A stretch of 63,755 nt of DNA, the filler included, from Octopus bimaculoides (lineage: Eukaryota), in the NCBI RefSeq assembly GCF_001194135.2. It is 6 parts of 6 records of this genome, joined end to end, with 100 filler letters (N's around TTAATTAATTAA, not from the genome) between each part and the next. Parts side by side here need not be neighbours in the genome. Positions count along the whole stretch, not along the records: positions 1 to 4,499 come from NC_068990.1; positions 4,600 to 9,620 come from NC_068986.1; positions 9,721 to 15,813 come from NC_068987.1; 3 more parts are not named here. The stretch is one strand, 5' to 3'. Each line of letters starts with the position of its first letter. The stretch's first letter is position 1. A program made the translations under genes and the position numbers. The notes below the pieces were generated by a model. It was not told the DNA's origin and made no database searches. It was given only the letters and a program-made list of their open reading frames with translations. Below, piece by piece: positions 1 to 11,573 of the stretch.

Positions 1-24
1 TATATATATATATATATATATATG

Positions 25-327
25 ATGGCTTCGCCTGTTGAAGACGACGTATGAGTGTTTAGTCTTGTTGCTGAACGACCTGCACAAATGATTTGTTTAT
101 AGCGATCAAATGCATGTTCTGTACATGAGCGTACTCCTCCCAACAAATCACCGTTCCCTGAATAGGTGCACGGTGTACCACGCGTTAGTTGTCGAAGTGA
201 TCGCAGAGCAACATGAGATGAAATGTTTTGCTCAAGAACACAACACACTACCCGTTTTGGGAATTGAATTGAAACTACGATCTCTCGACTGTGAGTGCAA
301 TACCCTAACCACTAGGTCATGTGTCCC
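25..327 (-). mobile_element. tRNA-derived SINE (family A)
   Basis: Minus strand begins GGGACACATGACCTAGTGGTTAGGGTATTGCACTCACAGTCGAGAGATCGTAGTTTCAATTC (A-box/B-box tRNA-like head), then GTGTTGTGTTCTTGAGCAAAACA. The head and this segment are related to the copy at 5622-5945. Confidence 0.8.
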
Positions 328-529
328 ATATATCCTAAATATGCAAGATTTTTAATACCTCAGATATCGTATGCTGTGTATACCCTGCAGCACCGTAAGG
401 TTTAAAAGGCGATGAACAAATTAAGAACTTTTCCTGTAGCGTTAGTTGTTTATTCACTTAATTAAAACATGTCAACAGTGTTCCGAAAGAATTTTGCGGG
501 TAAATATCTAAAATGATAGTAGTTGATAC

Positions 530-906
530 TGGAACTCCGTCGCTTACGACGTCGAGGGTTCCAGTTGATCCGATCAACGGAACAGCCAGCTCGTGAAATT
601 AACGTGCAAGTGGCTGAGCACTCCACAGACACGTGTACCCTTAACGTAGTTCTCGGGGATATTCAGCGTGACACAATGTGACAAGGCTGACCCTTTGAAT
701 TACAGGTACAACAGAAACAGGAAGTAAGAGTGAGAGAAAGTTGTGGTGAAAGAGTACAGCAGGGTTTGCCACCATCCCCTGCCAGAGCCTCGTAGAGCTT
801 TAGGTGTTTTCGCTCAATAAACACTCACAACGCCCGGTCTGGGAATCGAAACCACGATGCTATGACCGCGAGTCCGCTGCCCTAAACACTGGGCCATTGT
901 GCCTCC
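530..906 (-). mobile_element. tRNA-derived SINE (family B, full length, OR-like octopus SINE)
   Basis: Reverse complement starts GGAGGCACAATGGCCCAGTGTTTAGGGCAGCGGACTCGCGGTC and aligns along its whole length to the plus-strand copy at 13964-14345. The family name is from memory only. Confidence 0.85.
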
Positions 907-1072
907 ACCCAGTTGTTGATAATCCACTGATTAATCAACAAGTTGCTGCTCAGTTGTGTATTTGGTGGCCTGATGAGTTGGGAGTTATGTAAAAGTTTAC
1001 GTAATCTAATATTATTAAGCTAATGTTACAATAAATAACAGATTACCCGTTTGCTTGTTATTTATTTCACAC

Positions 1073-1132
1073 AACACACACACGCACACACACACACACA
1101 CATATACATACATACATACATACATACATACA

Positions 1133-1160
<28 letters not shown>
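1073..1160. repeat. (CA)n/(TACA)n microsatellite
   Basis: Direct reading; ends at the TA that flanks the mariner TIR. Confidence 0.95.
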
Positions 1161-1162
<2 letters not shown>

Positions 1163-1163
<1 letters not shown>

Positions 1164-1850
1164 CAGGTAATTAAGAATGAAATGTCCGATTTTCTTATGC
1201 ACCAAGTTTGACAGACGTTAACTCTAATGTTTTATCCTGGCAATTCTGTTTTACAACATTAAAGAGTTACATCATCACTTTTCGAAATGAAATTCATAGT
1301 GTCTGATTCTGATTATATTGTAAGTTTTCTCTTGGAAATCAATTTCTGCGAACCCATGGATAGAAAAAAAAAATTCGTGTTCTTTATGAATAAGAGTTCC
1401 GTCGTGGAACCAATGCATCCCAGACAGCTCGAAACACCAATAAGGTGTTTGGTAAGATGTGACGAATGAGTGCACTGTACACCGATGATTGGAGAAGTCC
1501 CGGCCTGGTGACTTTACTCTTGAAAACCAGCACCGTGGTAGACCTGAGAGCAAGGTGCATAATGATGAGCTGGAAACTGTAGTGGAAGCGAATACACCTC
1601 AAACTACGCGTGAGTTAGCAGCAAGGTTTGGTGTTTCGACTCTAACTGTATTAGACCCTCTGAAACAAATCAGCAAGGTTAAGAAGCTGGACAAGTGGGT
1701 ACCACACGAATTGAACGAGCACCAAATGACACGTCGTCTTGAAATATGCTGTTTTTTTTTTGTTGTCACGGCATAAAAGCGAACCATTTTTGCATCGTAT
1801 TTTTACGTGTGATGAAAAATGGATTCTTTTCAACAGTCTCAAGCGTGTTC
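1163..1850 (+). mobile_element. Mariner transposon relic (5' TIR plus frameshifted N-terminal transposase)
   Basis: TA followed by the TIR TCAGGTAATTAAGAATGAAATGTCCGAT. Frameshifted translation gives HTH-like ...RGRPESKVHNDELETVVEANTPQTTRELAARFGVS..., the WVPHEL motif and TCDEKW (first catalytic D). Truncated by a SINE fragment at about 1860. Confidence 0.92.
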
Positions 1851-1861
1851 TATAACTTCTG

Positions 1862-1905
1862 GCAATGTGAGTGGATTTGGTAGACAGAGTCTGAAAGCCC
1901 GCTGA

Positions 1906-1942
<37 letters not shown>

Positions 1943-2121
1943 TGCATATCTTTGTCCCACACCACTTCTTAAGAATCGGTGTTGTGTTTACGTCCCCGTA
2001 ACTTAGCTGTTCGGCAAAAAGAGACCGTTAGAATAAGCACCAGGCTTAACAAGAACTAAATACTGGGATTCGTTCATTCGACTAAAAGTTCTTCGAGGCA
2101 GTATCCCAGCACGGCCGCAGT
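1862..2121 (+). mobile_element. SINE family C (V-domain-like), 3' part with internal microsatellite
   Basis: GTGAGTGGATTTGGTAGAC, then (TA)n, then GTGTTTACGTCCCCGTAACTTAGC...CCAGCACGGCCGCAGT; same family as 22443-23045. Confidence 0.8.
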
Positions 2122-2430
2122 NNNNNNNNNNNNNNNNNNNNNNNNNNNNNNNNNNNNNNNNNNNNNNNNNNNNNNNNNNNNNNNNNNNNNNNNNNNNNNN
2201 NNNNNNNNNNNNNNNNNNNNNNNNNNNNATATATATAATTAATCCTACCAAAACACGAAGGAAAAACAAGAGAAATACAACAACGCGAGCACGTGGTACA
2301 TATATATACAGTAAGAAAAGGAAGGGAAAAAATTTTGTTTATTCCCACGTGGTGGGTTGTAATACAACGAAAGGAGGAAGCACACTGTTTACATAGTTTT
2401 AATATATTTTAAATGAAAGAGTATTGTGGT

Positions 2431-2463
2431 TGTCGACCGGTTTCGATTTTGCTAATCATGACA
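2431..2463 (-). ncRNA. Candidate minimal type I hammerhead ribozyme (A3:U8 variant, weak stem II)
   Basis: Minus strand TGTC-ATGATTA-GCAAAATC-GAAA-CCGG-TC-GACA: 4-bp stem I, palindromic ACCGGT stem III, GUC triplet. Stem II has only one closing G-C pair. Confidence 0.35.
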
Positions 2464-2571
2464 TTGAAGATATTGTGATTTCGTATTTTCTTAAGATTTT
2501 AGTTTATGTTCTTACATGAATGTTTGTGAATGAATCAACAAGTAAAAAAATCTAAGGGGAGGTAATTGGTG

Positions 2572-3205
2572 ATAGTTATTATCTGTGACAGGGCATGTAG
2601 TTACTCATTTTGGGGGTGGGATAAATAAACATACAAAAACTCATGAGCTAAGGTTGTGAGATGAAATATGTACAGTGATCATGAATTAAAATATATACTG
2701 AGAACAAAGTTGGTCATGTGTTCGTATTTAAGCGTGTTCTTTATTCTTCAATAAATAAATTTTCTTTATTTAAACGTTCTTGTGCAGAAATTGTTTCGTT
2801 TCACTGGTAGTTAGGGAAAACTGAGAAATTTAGTTGGAGATTCTTTGCACATTTTTTTATGTGTTCACTCAAAGGTATCTGCCTATACTTTGGGAAACGG
2901 AACTGTCCCTTACGTAATGTGGTACTCCGTCTAAGGGACATTCGAACCAAGTTTCTCATCACCCAGTGCAAAGAAACAATTTCTATACAAGAACGTTTAA
3001 ATAAAGAAAATTTATTTATCGAAAAATACAGAACACGCCTAAATATGAACTCATAACCAACTTTATATTATATATTTTAATTCATGGTCACATATTATCA
3101 TTGCACATATTTCATCTCACTACTTTAGCTCATGAGATTTTGCATGTTTAATTAACCCACCCAAAAAATGAGCAATTACCTCCTCTGTCACAAATAATAA
3201 CTATA
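2572..3205. mobile_element. About 250-bp inverted repeat (fold-back), probably inverted Penelope-like element termini
   Basis: Arms 2572-2822 and 2950-3205 align by eye at roughly 80% identity. Both arms translate to ETIS.QERLNKENLFIE.(Y/*)RTRLN.N.*, resembling a GIY-YIG endonuclease C-terminus. Confidence 0.65.
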
Positions 3206-3688
3206 CACGCTCATGCACACACACATACACATACGTGCGCATACGCACACACACACACACATATAGATATAGATATAAATATGCATAGATACAGACACAC
3301 ATAAGTGAGTAAGCAGAAAAAAGAAAGTAGAACTCAATACATTTGGTTGGATTTGCATGTATAGGGCGCGACAAAATTACCTCCCATTCTTTATTTTACA
3401 GGCTGCCAAACATTTCAACGGCAAACGCGCGCTGTTCATCGATCCAAACCATACTAATAACTAAGAAAAAAATAAACGATAAAACTTTAGCTACTGAAAG
3501 ACCCTATTTCCATCTGCTTAACTTCATTAACCCCCCATTAATGATTGTGTAATATAGGAGAGGTTTTTGTAAGGCACTGTGTATATACTAACAGTTTCAC
3601 CGAGCGCTGCATTACTTAAAATTTCGCGGACATAGAACATGTTCACATAATCTGATTATTCAAATAATATTTATTTGCATTTATTTAC

Positions 3689-3723
<35 letters not shown>

Positions 3724-3727
<4 letters not shown>

Positions 3728-3916
3728 CGGAGATGCCATTGCATAGCACGTGACCTGATCTGAGATCGTGTGCTGGAACGAAAACAATTGCAGCGTGGAA
3801 GGTGTTTATAAGCCATTTAAAATAACACACAAAATCCGTTAGATTCACTTCAACATTTGAATTTAATTTGTCAAAATATTTTCGTCGCTTTGAGACCGCG
3901 ACCTGTTCACTGACAA
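3724..3916 (-). mobile_element. Short dispersed repeat carrying a hammerhead motif, inserted in (TA)n
   Basis: Sequence recurs at 15322-15604; flanked by (TA)n on both sides (about 3696-3723 and 3918-3930). Confidence 0.8.
3868..3916 (-). ncRNA. Minimal type I hammerhead ribozyme motif, G3:C8 variant
   Basis: Minus strand TTGTCA-GTGAACA-G-GTCGC-GGTCTCAAA-GCGAC-GAAA-ATAT-T-T-TGACAA: 6-bp stem I, 5-bp stem II, palindromic AATATT stem III, otherwise canonical core. Confidence 0.7.
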
Positions 3917-4763
3917 TTATATATATATATTCAACTTTTTATTCATGTTAACTCTGTGTTTATTGGATGTGTATGCACGAAATTGTTCGTGTGTATATGT
4001 ACATGCAGAATATGTATGCCTGACTGCTGGTTTATAACTTTATGTACTTTTAATAGTTTCTAAATGCAGGTGTATATTATATATTGTAATATAGTAAAGG
4101 TAAGATCCAAGGATCAAGGTGTAAGAAATTAGTAAGCTTCGAACAGTCCGTAGAAGGTATAAAGATACAACTTCCTGAAACAATAGTGATTTATTGACGT
4201 AGAAGGTTGAAATTTTTCCCATATCAGATTTCAATAGGCTGAAAAACGTTATTTTATAGTTCACGGTTTGCAACCGGGGGTGGTGTGTATACGAATAAAA
4301 ATCCAAAATTAGGGAATGGGTTAGATAAAATCCAGGCTACATGTGTTTCATAGCTAGCAGAACCTCGAAAGTAGTAATTACCCAAACGAGGGGTAATCTG
4401 CTAGCTACTTGTCGGGCCAAAGATACCTTAGTCAAATGAAGGTTACATTGGAGTCAAGAGATCCTATGTTAACTCGCGGGAGATTTGATCGATATATATN
4501 NNNNNNNNNNNNNNNNNNNNNNNNNNNNNNNNNNNNNNNNNNNTTAATTAATTAANNNNNNNNNNNNNNNNNNNNNNNNNNNNNNNNNNNNNNNNNNNNC
4601 TTCTTTTTAAATCCTGGATTAGGATTAAAAATCAAGCATATGAAGGTTTTATTTATCTAGTTATTTACGTTTTATTTTATTTGCTTACCCTATCAGCTTC
4701 TTATGAATCTAGATATGTCCTACCTTTAAAGATGAACAAAATACAATTGAAATGCTAAAGAAT

Positions 4764-4822
<59 letters not shown>

Positions 4823-5504
4823 TGAAATAAGTAAACTTGTAGATGTCTCATTTTAAATCCTAATCTATACTTAAGGAGAATATGTATAATCATGTATAAA
4901 CTAGAACAGAAATAGTTAATATGGATGATGATGATGATGATGATGATAAAAGGCATTTGTGTATATAACTCTGTTGCACACATGTGCATGTAAACGCATA
5001 GAGATACACACACACACACACAATTACTTAAGGTTGTGCAGTTCGTAACGGCACTATGAACAACAGTATTTTTCTTTCATCGGTTCAAATCCCTCCATGG
5101 TGGAATGTGTTAGCCGTTTGTTTCACTGCTGTTAACAAACTGTTTACTAAAAAATAAACAGCAAGAATAACTTCTATTCATACTTCTCTACTTTAGATCA
5201 CAATTGGTGGACAATAGCCTTATTGGTTACAGGTTTCCAATGGACCAATCGCTAACTCACTGCATTTATGACAACGGATCTGATGAGAATATGTCTAATC
5301 TGGTGAAAGAGATGTCACTCATAAAGCATCATCTATTTTTTCTTTTCTTTCATTTTCACCAATCATTATTCCTGGGATGGATATGGTGGGTACAGTCCTC
5401 AGCAACTCCTGCATAGAATCCTATTAGAAGCAACTGTCATTACACTTTCCTGTTGGATTTCCAAACATAACCAACTGAAATTATGAATATTATCCAACCA
5501 TATC

Positions 5505-5605
5505 AAAATGTCTATCCATAGGTCTCCTGCCAGTTAGCTCTGCATAAAGAATCTGTCTTGTTATACTTTCCTGAGATATTCTTACCGCATGTCTATAGTA
5601 CTGGA
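5505..5605 (-). mobile_element. RTE-clade LINE 3' coding remnant
   Basis: Translation RHAVRISQESITRQILYAELTGRRPMDR matches the GH..RM...R..KQ.LY.EL.G.R..GRP C-terminal motif of RTE ORFs. Confidence 0.6.
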
Positions 5606-5621
5606 GCTGTGATCTCATAGT

Positions 5622-5945
5622 GAAGGTACATGGCTCAGTGGTTAGAAAGTTGGGTTCACAATCGTGCAGTAGTGGGTTCAGTTCCCGGACCGAGCTGTGT
5701 GTTGAGTTCTTGAGCAAGACACTTTATTTCACGTTGCTCCAGTTCACTCAGCTGTAGAAATGAATTGCGACGTCACAGGTGCCAAACTGTATCGGCCCCT
5801 TTGCCTTTCCCTTGGATAACATTGGTGAAATGGAGAGGGGAGACTGGTATGCATAGGTGACTGCTTGCCCGAAATTGTGCCTTGGAGGGTAACTTTGTAG
5901 GTGCAATCTCATGGTCATTCATGATTGAAGGAGGTCTTTACCCTT
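5622..5945 (+). mobile_element. tRNA-derived SINE (family A-related)
   Basis: Head GGTACATGGCTCAGTGGTTAG...GGGTTCAGTTCCCGG, then GTTCTTGAGCAAGACACTTTATTTCACGTTGCTCCAGTTCACTCAGCTGTAG. Confidence 0.8.
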
Positions 5946-6326
5946 TATCCTATGACCTCATAATGCGAATAAGTAGCAGCTTGACTTGGAGAGACGCTCT
6001 GATCTCTGAGCTTTGCCCTCTGTCAAATAACATTACTCGTGGGTCCCTTTGGGCAAATCCCATTTTGGCTGCTTGATAGAATTTAGGTAGGCAAGGCACA
6101 CACTCACACTGATTGGTACTCAACTCAATTTCACTCTACAAAATTCAACTTTCAAGGATTTGGTGAAACCAAGGCTGTGATAGGAAGACAACTGCTCCAA
6201 GTGCTGTACTGTAAGATTTGGACCTGGAATCATTTGAATGCCAGCCAAACTCCTTAACCTCTCAACCATGCCTGTGCCCTTGCAATAAGCAGACTGATTA
6301 ACATTGCCCCCTTTTCCTTCTGTCAG

Positions 6327-6399
6327 TCATGCTGGTCTTAACACAACAGGATTTACCGACCTACTTAGTAATACGAATGTGACAGATGCTTCACACTAA
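6327..6399 (+). CDS. Candidate terminal coding exon (unknown gene)
   Basis: Strong acceptor TTGCCCCCTTTTCCTTCTGTCAG; open frame HAGLNTTGFTDLLSNTNVTDASH-stop in non-repeat, CpG-poor DNA. No recognisable homology. Confidence 0.25.
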
Positions 6400-6559
6400 G
6401 ATAGCAATTAAACTTCCTAAGGAATGAAGTGTTTGTACTTGAAGTGGTGTGTGTGTGTGTGTGTGTGCATGCTTAGATAAAGTGAAGTGTTTTTGTTTTA
6501 AAAGTAATTAGACCACCTAAGAAGAATCTCATGTTAAGTATCACTTTTGGAAGATACTC

Positions 6560-6665
<106 letters not shown>

Positions 6666-6819
6666 TCATTTGTTGAAAGCTAATGGTTCAGTCTGTTTCT
6701 ACTCTGAGTTTCCTGTATTGGAGTAAGTAATTTGGAATGGATAAATAAACCCTGTTACATATATTAAATACTCATGTCCTCTTTGTACACCAAAATCTGC
6801 AAATATGGGTATGTGCATG

Positions 6820-6861
<42 letters not shown>

Positions 6862-7403
6862 TTAAATGCGACAGTTATATAATATATCATATCTATAGTT
6901 TGGTGGTCTAACTACTCTTGGAAAACCTTTTCTTACTGTTTAACTCTTAGATGTACAAGTTCTTCATTTTCCTTTCTCTGTGTGTGTGTGTGTGTATGTG
7001 TGTGTGCACACTTGAAAGAGAAAGAGAGCTTAAGTAAAACTTCATATCAGAGACCACTTCTTTGACACATAAATATGAATAGGATAGAAATCAGTTGCAA
7101 TGATGTAAACATGGCACCTTCTAAATAAAATGTCATTAAGCTGATGTATTGGGTACACACACACTTTTGAAGAGGGGGAAACATTGGTAGGGGGGGGGGG
7201 AATAAATAAAAGAAAGTAGAGGAAATGAAAGAAAAACGAGGCATTAATCCTCCTATGATCTGCAGTTTTATAAAGCCTGTACTTACTTGGCTCTGAGAAG
7301 CATTGAGCGGATGCTTGTCTGTCAAAAGTAACTTGAGCAAAAGGTCTTTGTTACCTATTTACCATACATTATGGAATAACCAAACCGGCTTATCGCTTTA
7401 TCA

Positions 7404-7735
7404 TTTTACTTGTTTCAGACATTGGACTGTGGCCATGCTGGGGTACTGTCATGAAGGGTTTTAAATGAATAAATCAAACCCAGTACTTATTTTTTTATTA
7501 TTTTTTTTTTTAAAGTCTGGTTCTTATTTCTATTGGTCGCTTTTACCAAACTGCTAAGTTATGGAAATGTAAACAAACCAACACTGGTTGTCAAGCAGTG
7601 GTGAGGAACAAATACAAAGACAAATGTATACACATACATAAATATGTATATTCACACATGTTTGTGTGTGTGTGTGTGGATAGCTGGATAAATGGATAGA
7701 TAGAGTGATGGATAGATAGATAAATACATAGATGG

Positions 7736-7769
<34 letters not shown>

Positions 7770-7830
7770 GAGGGTCTTCCACACAGTTTCCATCTTTCAA
7801 ATGAGTTCCTTAACCACACAGCTATGCTTG
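7404..7830 (-). mobile_element. Decayed SINE family C copy
   Basis: TTTTACTTGTTTCAG...GACTGTGGCCATGCTGG (CpG-decayed), internal microsatellite, head remnant ...AACCACACAGCTATGCTTGCC. Confidence 0.65.
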
Positions 7831-8574
7831 CCTTGTTTAAAGTTGGTGTCAAATTTCTTCTGTTGGATATGAACTCACAACCTATGCTTCCGTAGCTCAA
7901 TACATGATCTGCTGAATTGTATCCATGATAGAATTTGGGAAAAGTTACAATAAACTGAGCTCAATGCTGTTAGAACACATTTTTACACTTCAGCTGGTTT
8001 CTGTTTTTTGGTGGGTGGGTGGGTGTTACATTTAGTGACTAATGTCATTGACTGCAAGGCGGCAGCAATGGCAAAAGTAGGTTGGTGGATTTTGGTAGAA
8101 ATTGGCATGCATTGGAGTTGTTGTTTAGAACAGTCAACGCCAAAGAACCAATTAAATATAGAGAATATATATACTGAAATGGAGCTAGCTAGCTGATGAT
8201 GGTCTTTCCCTTGTATCGACTTTCAGTAAATCCATTGGTATTTTTAATAGAGAAAAATGATTACTGCTTTTGATCCTAATGAGGGATGGCCATATATGTT
8301 AGAACTATTGTAGTGTGTGTGTGTGTGATAGAAGGAGAGAATGAGAGACCGCCATATGAGTATGATTATGGTAAAGGGTAGAGGGGAAGAGACTTTCAAA
8401 TTGATTATTGGGTTTAAAACTGCTATCTTATACTTTGTGTGGGAGATGGAAATGGTTTGTAGTGAGTGTTGATTTTTTTGATTTTTTTTGTTTTTTTTTG
8501 TGTCCACTTCACAATAATAGTCTGTTTTAGCAAAGCAGGATATTATAAATAAATCATTATAATGGCAATAGTGG

Positions 8575-8785
8575 ACATGTTGTTGTTGTTGGTGACAATG
8601 ATGGCAGTGGTGACATTGGTGTTGGCGGTGGTGACGATGATGGTGGCAGTGGTGCTGACGAGGATGATGGTGACAATGATGATGATGGTGATGATAACAA
8701 TGACAGTGGTGGTGGTGGTGATGATGATGATGATTACGATGCCGCGAATGATGATGATGATGGTTGTGGTGGCGGTGGTGGTGAC
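8575..8785. repeat. Degenerate (GGT/GAT)n trinucleotide tract
   Basis: Direct reading; explains the poly-His/Val/Met pseudo-ORFs. Confidence 0.9.
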
Positions 8786-9562
8786 ACATCAATCTCATGC
8801 CATCGTTCTCAAAGTGGTTTTGGGTTGGTGCTATTAATTGCATGAGCTCACAGTTAATTCATACCAGTCAATCAATAAGTTAGATGCATCACTTGCAAAC
8901 TGTCAATATGCACTGTTGTTTTAATTTTCTCTAAGTGCATCAGCCAGAGATGTATAAATGGAATAGATTGCTTCTGGTCTGCGTTTCTATTATTTGTTCG
9001 TTTTCTATTTATTTTTATACTTCATGGAATGTGCGCTCGCGTATCTTCCAATTCTTTAGAATGACAACAGTTAAACGACATTATGTGGTTTAGTCGTTTG
9101 GTTGGTTTCTTTACTAGTTTTCTCAGAATTTCAAGTGTCCTTTCTTGACCATGCTTTATAAGCGAGACCATTTATATTGCATCTATTGTCGTTGTCTCAC
9201 ACCATCATCTTTTAATGTTAACTCACAACAAGGAGTTCTTTTTAGTCAGTTTCCCAACAGTTTTTGAAAACAGAACATAATGTCCTTTTGAAGAAAACTC
9301 TGCAAAGTGCTTTGTTTGCAGCCTTCAAGAAGTTATTGCTTTTGCTGCCATATCGGTAGAATGCACAGCAAAAAGGCCTCGAAACAATATGGCTCCTACT
9401 GTCCACTTATCAAGTCCTTTCTCAGATATCGCCGTAGATGATATGAATATGAACTGCTATCTGCTATTTATTTTTCTCTTTCTGCCTATACAGAACACTC
9501 TAATTTAACAAAGTACTTCTGTAAATGCTCTCCCTTCCCCAACACTAACACCACCTTCTCTC

Positions 9563-9620
<58 letters not shown>

Positions 9621-9720
9621 NNNNNNNNNNNNNNNNNNNNNNNNNNNNNNNNNNNNNNNNNNNNTTAATTAATTAANNNNNNNNNNNNNNNNNNNNNNNN
9701 NNNNNNNNNNNNNNNNNNNN

Positions 9721-9763
<43 letters not shown>

Positions 9764-11065
9764 GCATACACACACACGCACGCACACATACACACACACA
9801 TATATATATACAGGAGAGAAAATGAGAGAGATACTAAGAAGGAAAGAGACACTCAGCAATATATGCAGGTTATATCGCTCACTGGTTGATTTTAGTGGCA
9901 GTCGCATAAATTGGCGAACTATTGATTGGAGATCCAGAATGTGATTTCTTTATTGTATTTATTTGTTAATTTTGTCATTTTGTTATTCCAATAGTGTGTG
10001 TACTATCATTAGTCATTGTTGTAATCTTCAGTCGCCATTTCAACATCCTTTATCATATTCATCGTTAGCATCATCATTTTGTCTTCAAAGTATCATTAGA
10101 AATTGGCGGATAGGTGGTAAGCAATTTAGTTGTAGCCACAATTAGTTTGTGGCATATTTCATATGATCTATATATCTCCAGCTGATAAGCCAGTTCTCTC
10201 CAGCGGCAATATTTTGATCTGTGTGTTTAATCAATATAGTAAAAAAAAAACAACTCTACCCTGCAAAAAAAAAAAAAGTGAGCTGAGCAGAAGTAACGAT
10301 GTGTAGAATAATTTCCCTTTACTAACCCTTGAGCTATTAAATAACACAATTCTTTAGAAGAAACTAAACAAAAACAAAAATAAATACATTAATTTCTTAG
10401 ATATATGAGCGAAGTTAGCAAACCATAGAAAAACAAAGTCGTAGACTTTAGTTTCATATCGTGTGGTTGGTGAAACGACGCCACAATGTAGAGTAAAACA
10501 GATTTATCTTTACGTTATTCTAATAGCTATTTCTTATCAAGAAAAATAATCCAGTAGTTTGCTCGAAGTCATTCACACAAGTTTGGACCAATTTCTGCTT
10601 TACTTTTTTTTCTCGTATGTAGAAAAGCAAAATGAAACAAAAGACACCAAAATCACTTTTGATGGAAAGATTAAAGAAAGACACCTTTAATAGAGATTTA
10701 AAATAGAAATGTTGATTAAGACCAGGATTCTAATTAGGCTTAAGACTTAAATTTAATTATTTTAGGCAAACGGAACCATTCATTGTCTTCAAAGAAATTT
10801 TTATATAACATTACTTGTGAAGAACGAAGAAGAAAAGTTCGTCGTTGCAGTATATACCAGTCTTATAAACATGCAGATTTAGATAGTGTAATCAATATGC
10901 AGTATGTATAGATACATAATATCAATGTGTGTATATCTATCTGTCTGTATGCCTGTATGCCTGTATGCCTGTCTATCATCTATGTATGTATGTATGTATC
11001 TATCTATCTATCTATATATACATATATATATATGTATATATATATATGTATATATATATATATTT

Positions 11066-11124
<59 letters not shown>

Positions 11125-11524
11125 CATACATACATACATACATACATACATACATACACGCCTGTGTGTTTGTGCGTGCATATGCTTCAAATATATGCAT
11201 ATACAGATATATACATACACATATATACATATATGTATGTACGTACGTATGTATGCCTGTATGCTTCTGAGAGAGTGATAGTGAAAGAGAAATGTGCAGA
11301 TATGTGTGTAAATATGTGTATGTTTGAGTATATATGTTCCTATATGTGTTAGTAAGTGATGAGACTTTGCAAAATCCCGTTGTGTTAATTCTCTCTGAAG
11401 AAGAATTATTAGAATAAAAGAAAAAATAGTACACACACAAACACACACACAAAGACATAATCGCAAATATACATGCATATACACACATATATACACACAC
11501 ACACGCATTTATGTATGTATATGC

Positions 11525-11573
<49 letters not shown>

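Noticed and set aside
4070-4099. 30-nt micro-exon candidate between CAG and GTAAGA (similar 3-25-nt cases at 26900-26924, 36302-36307 and 55840-55851)
   Set aside because: Too short and AT-rich to distinguish from chance splice-like matches.
5279-5310. CTGATGAG...GAAA
   Set aside because: No stem II complementarity; chance match.
8244-8843. His-rich 199-aa ORF, and similar Thr/Val/Gly-rich ORFs at 21.0-21.8 and 23.1-24.0 kb
   Set aside because: These are translations of degenerate trinucleotide tracts open on both strands, with no splice or domain support.
10766-10911. Apparent exon after TTTTAG reading QTEPFIVFKE...
   Set aside because: Careful counting of the T run at 10798-10802 puts a stop (TAA) in frame.
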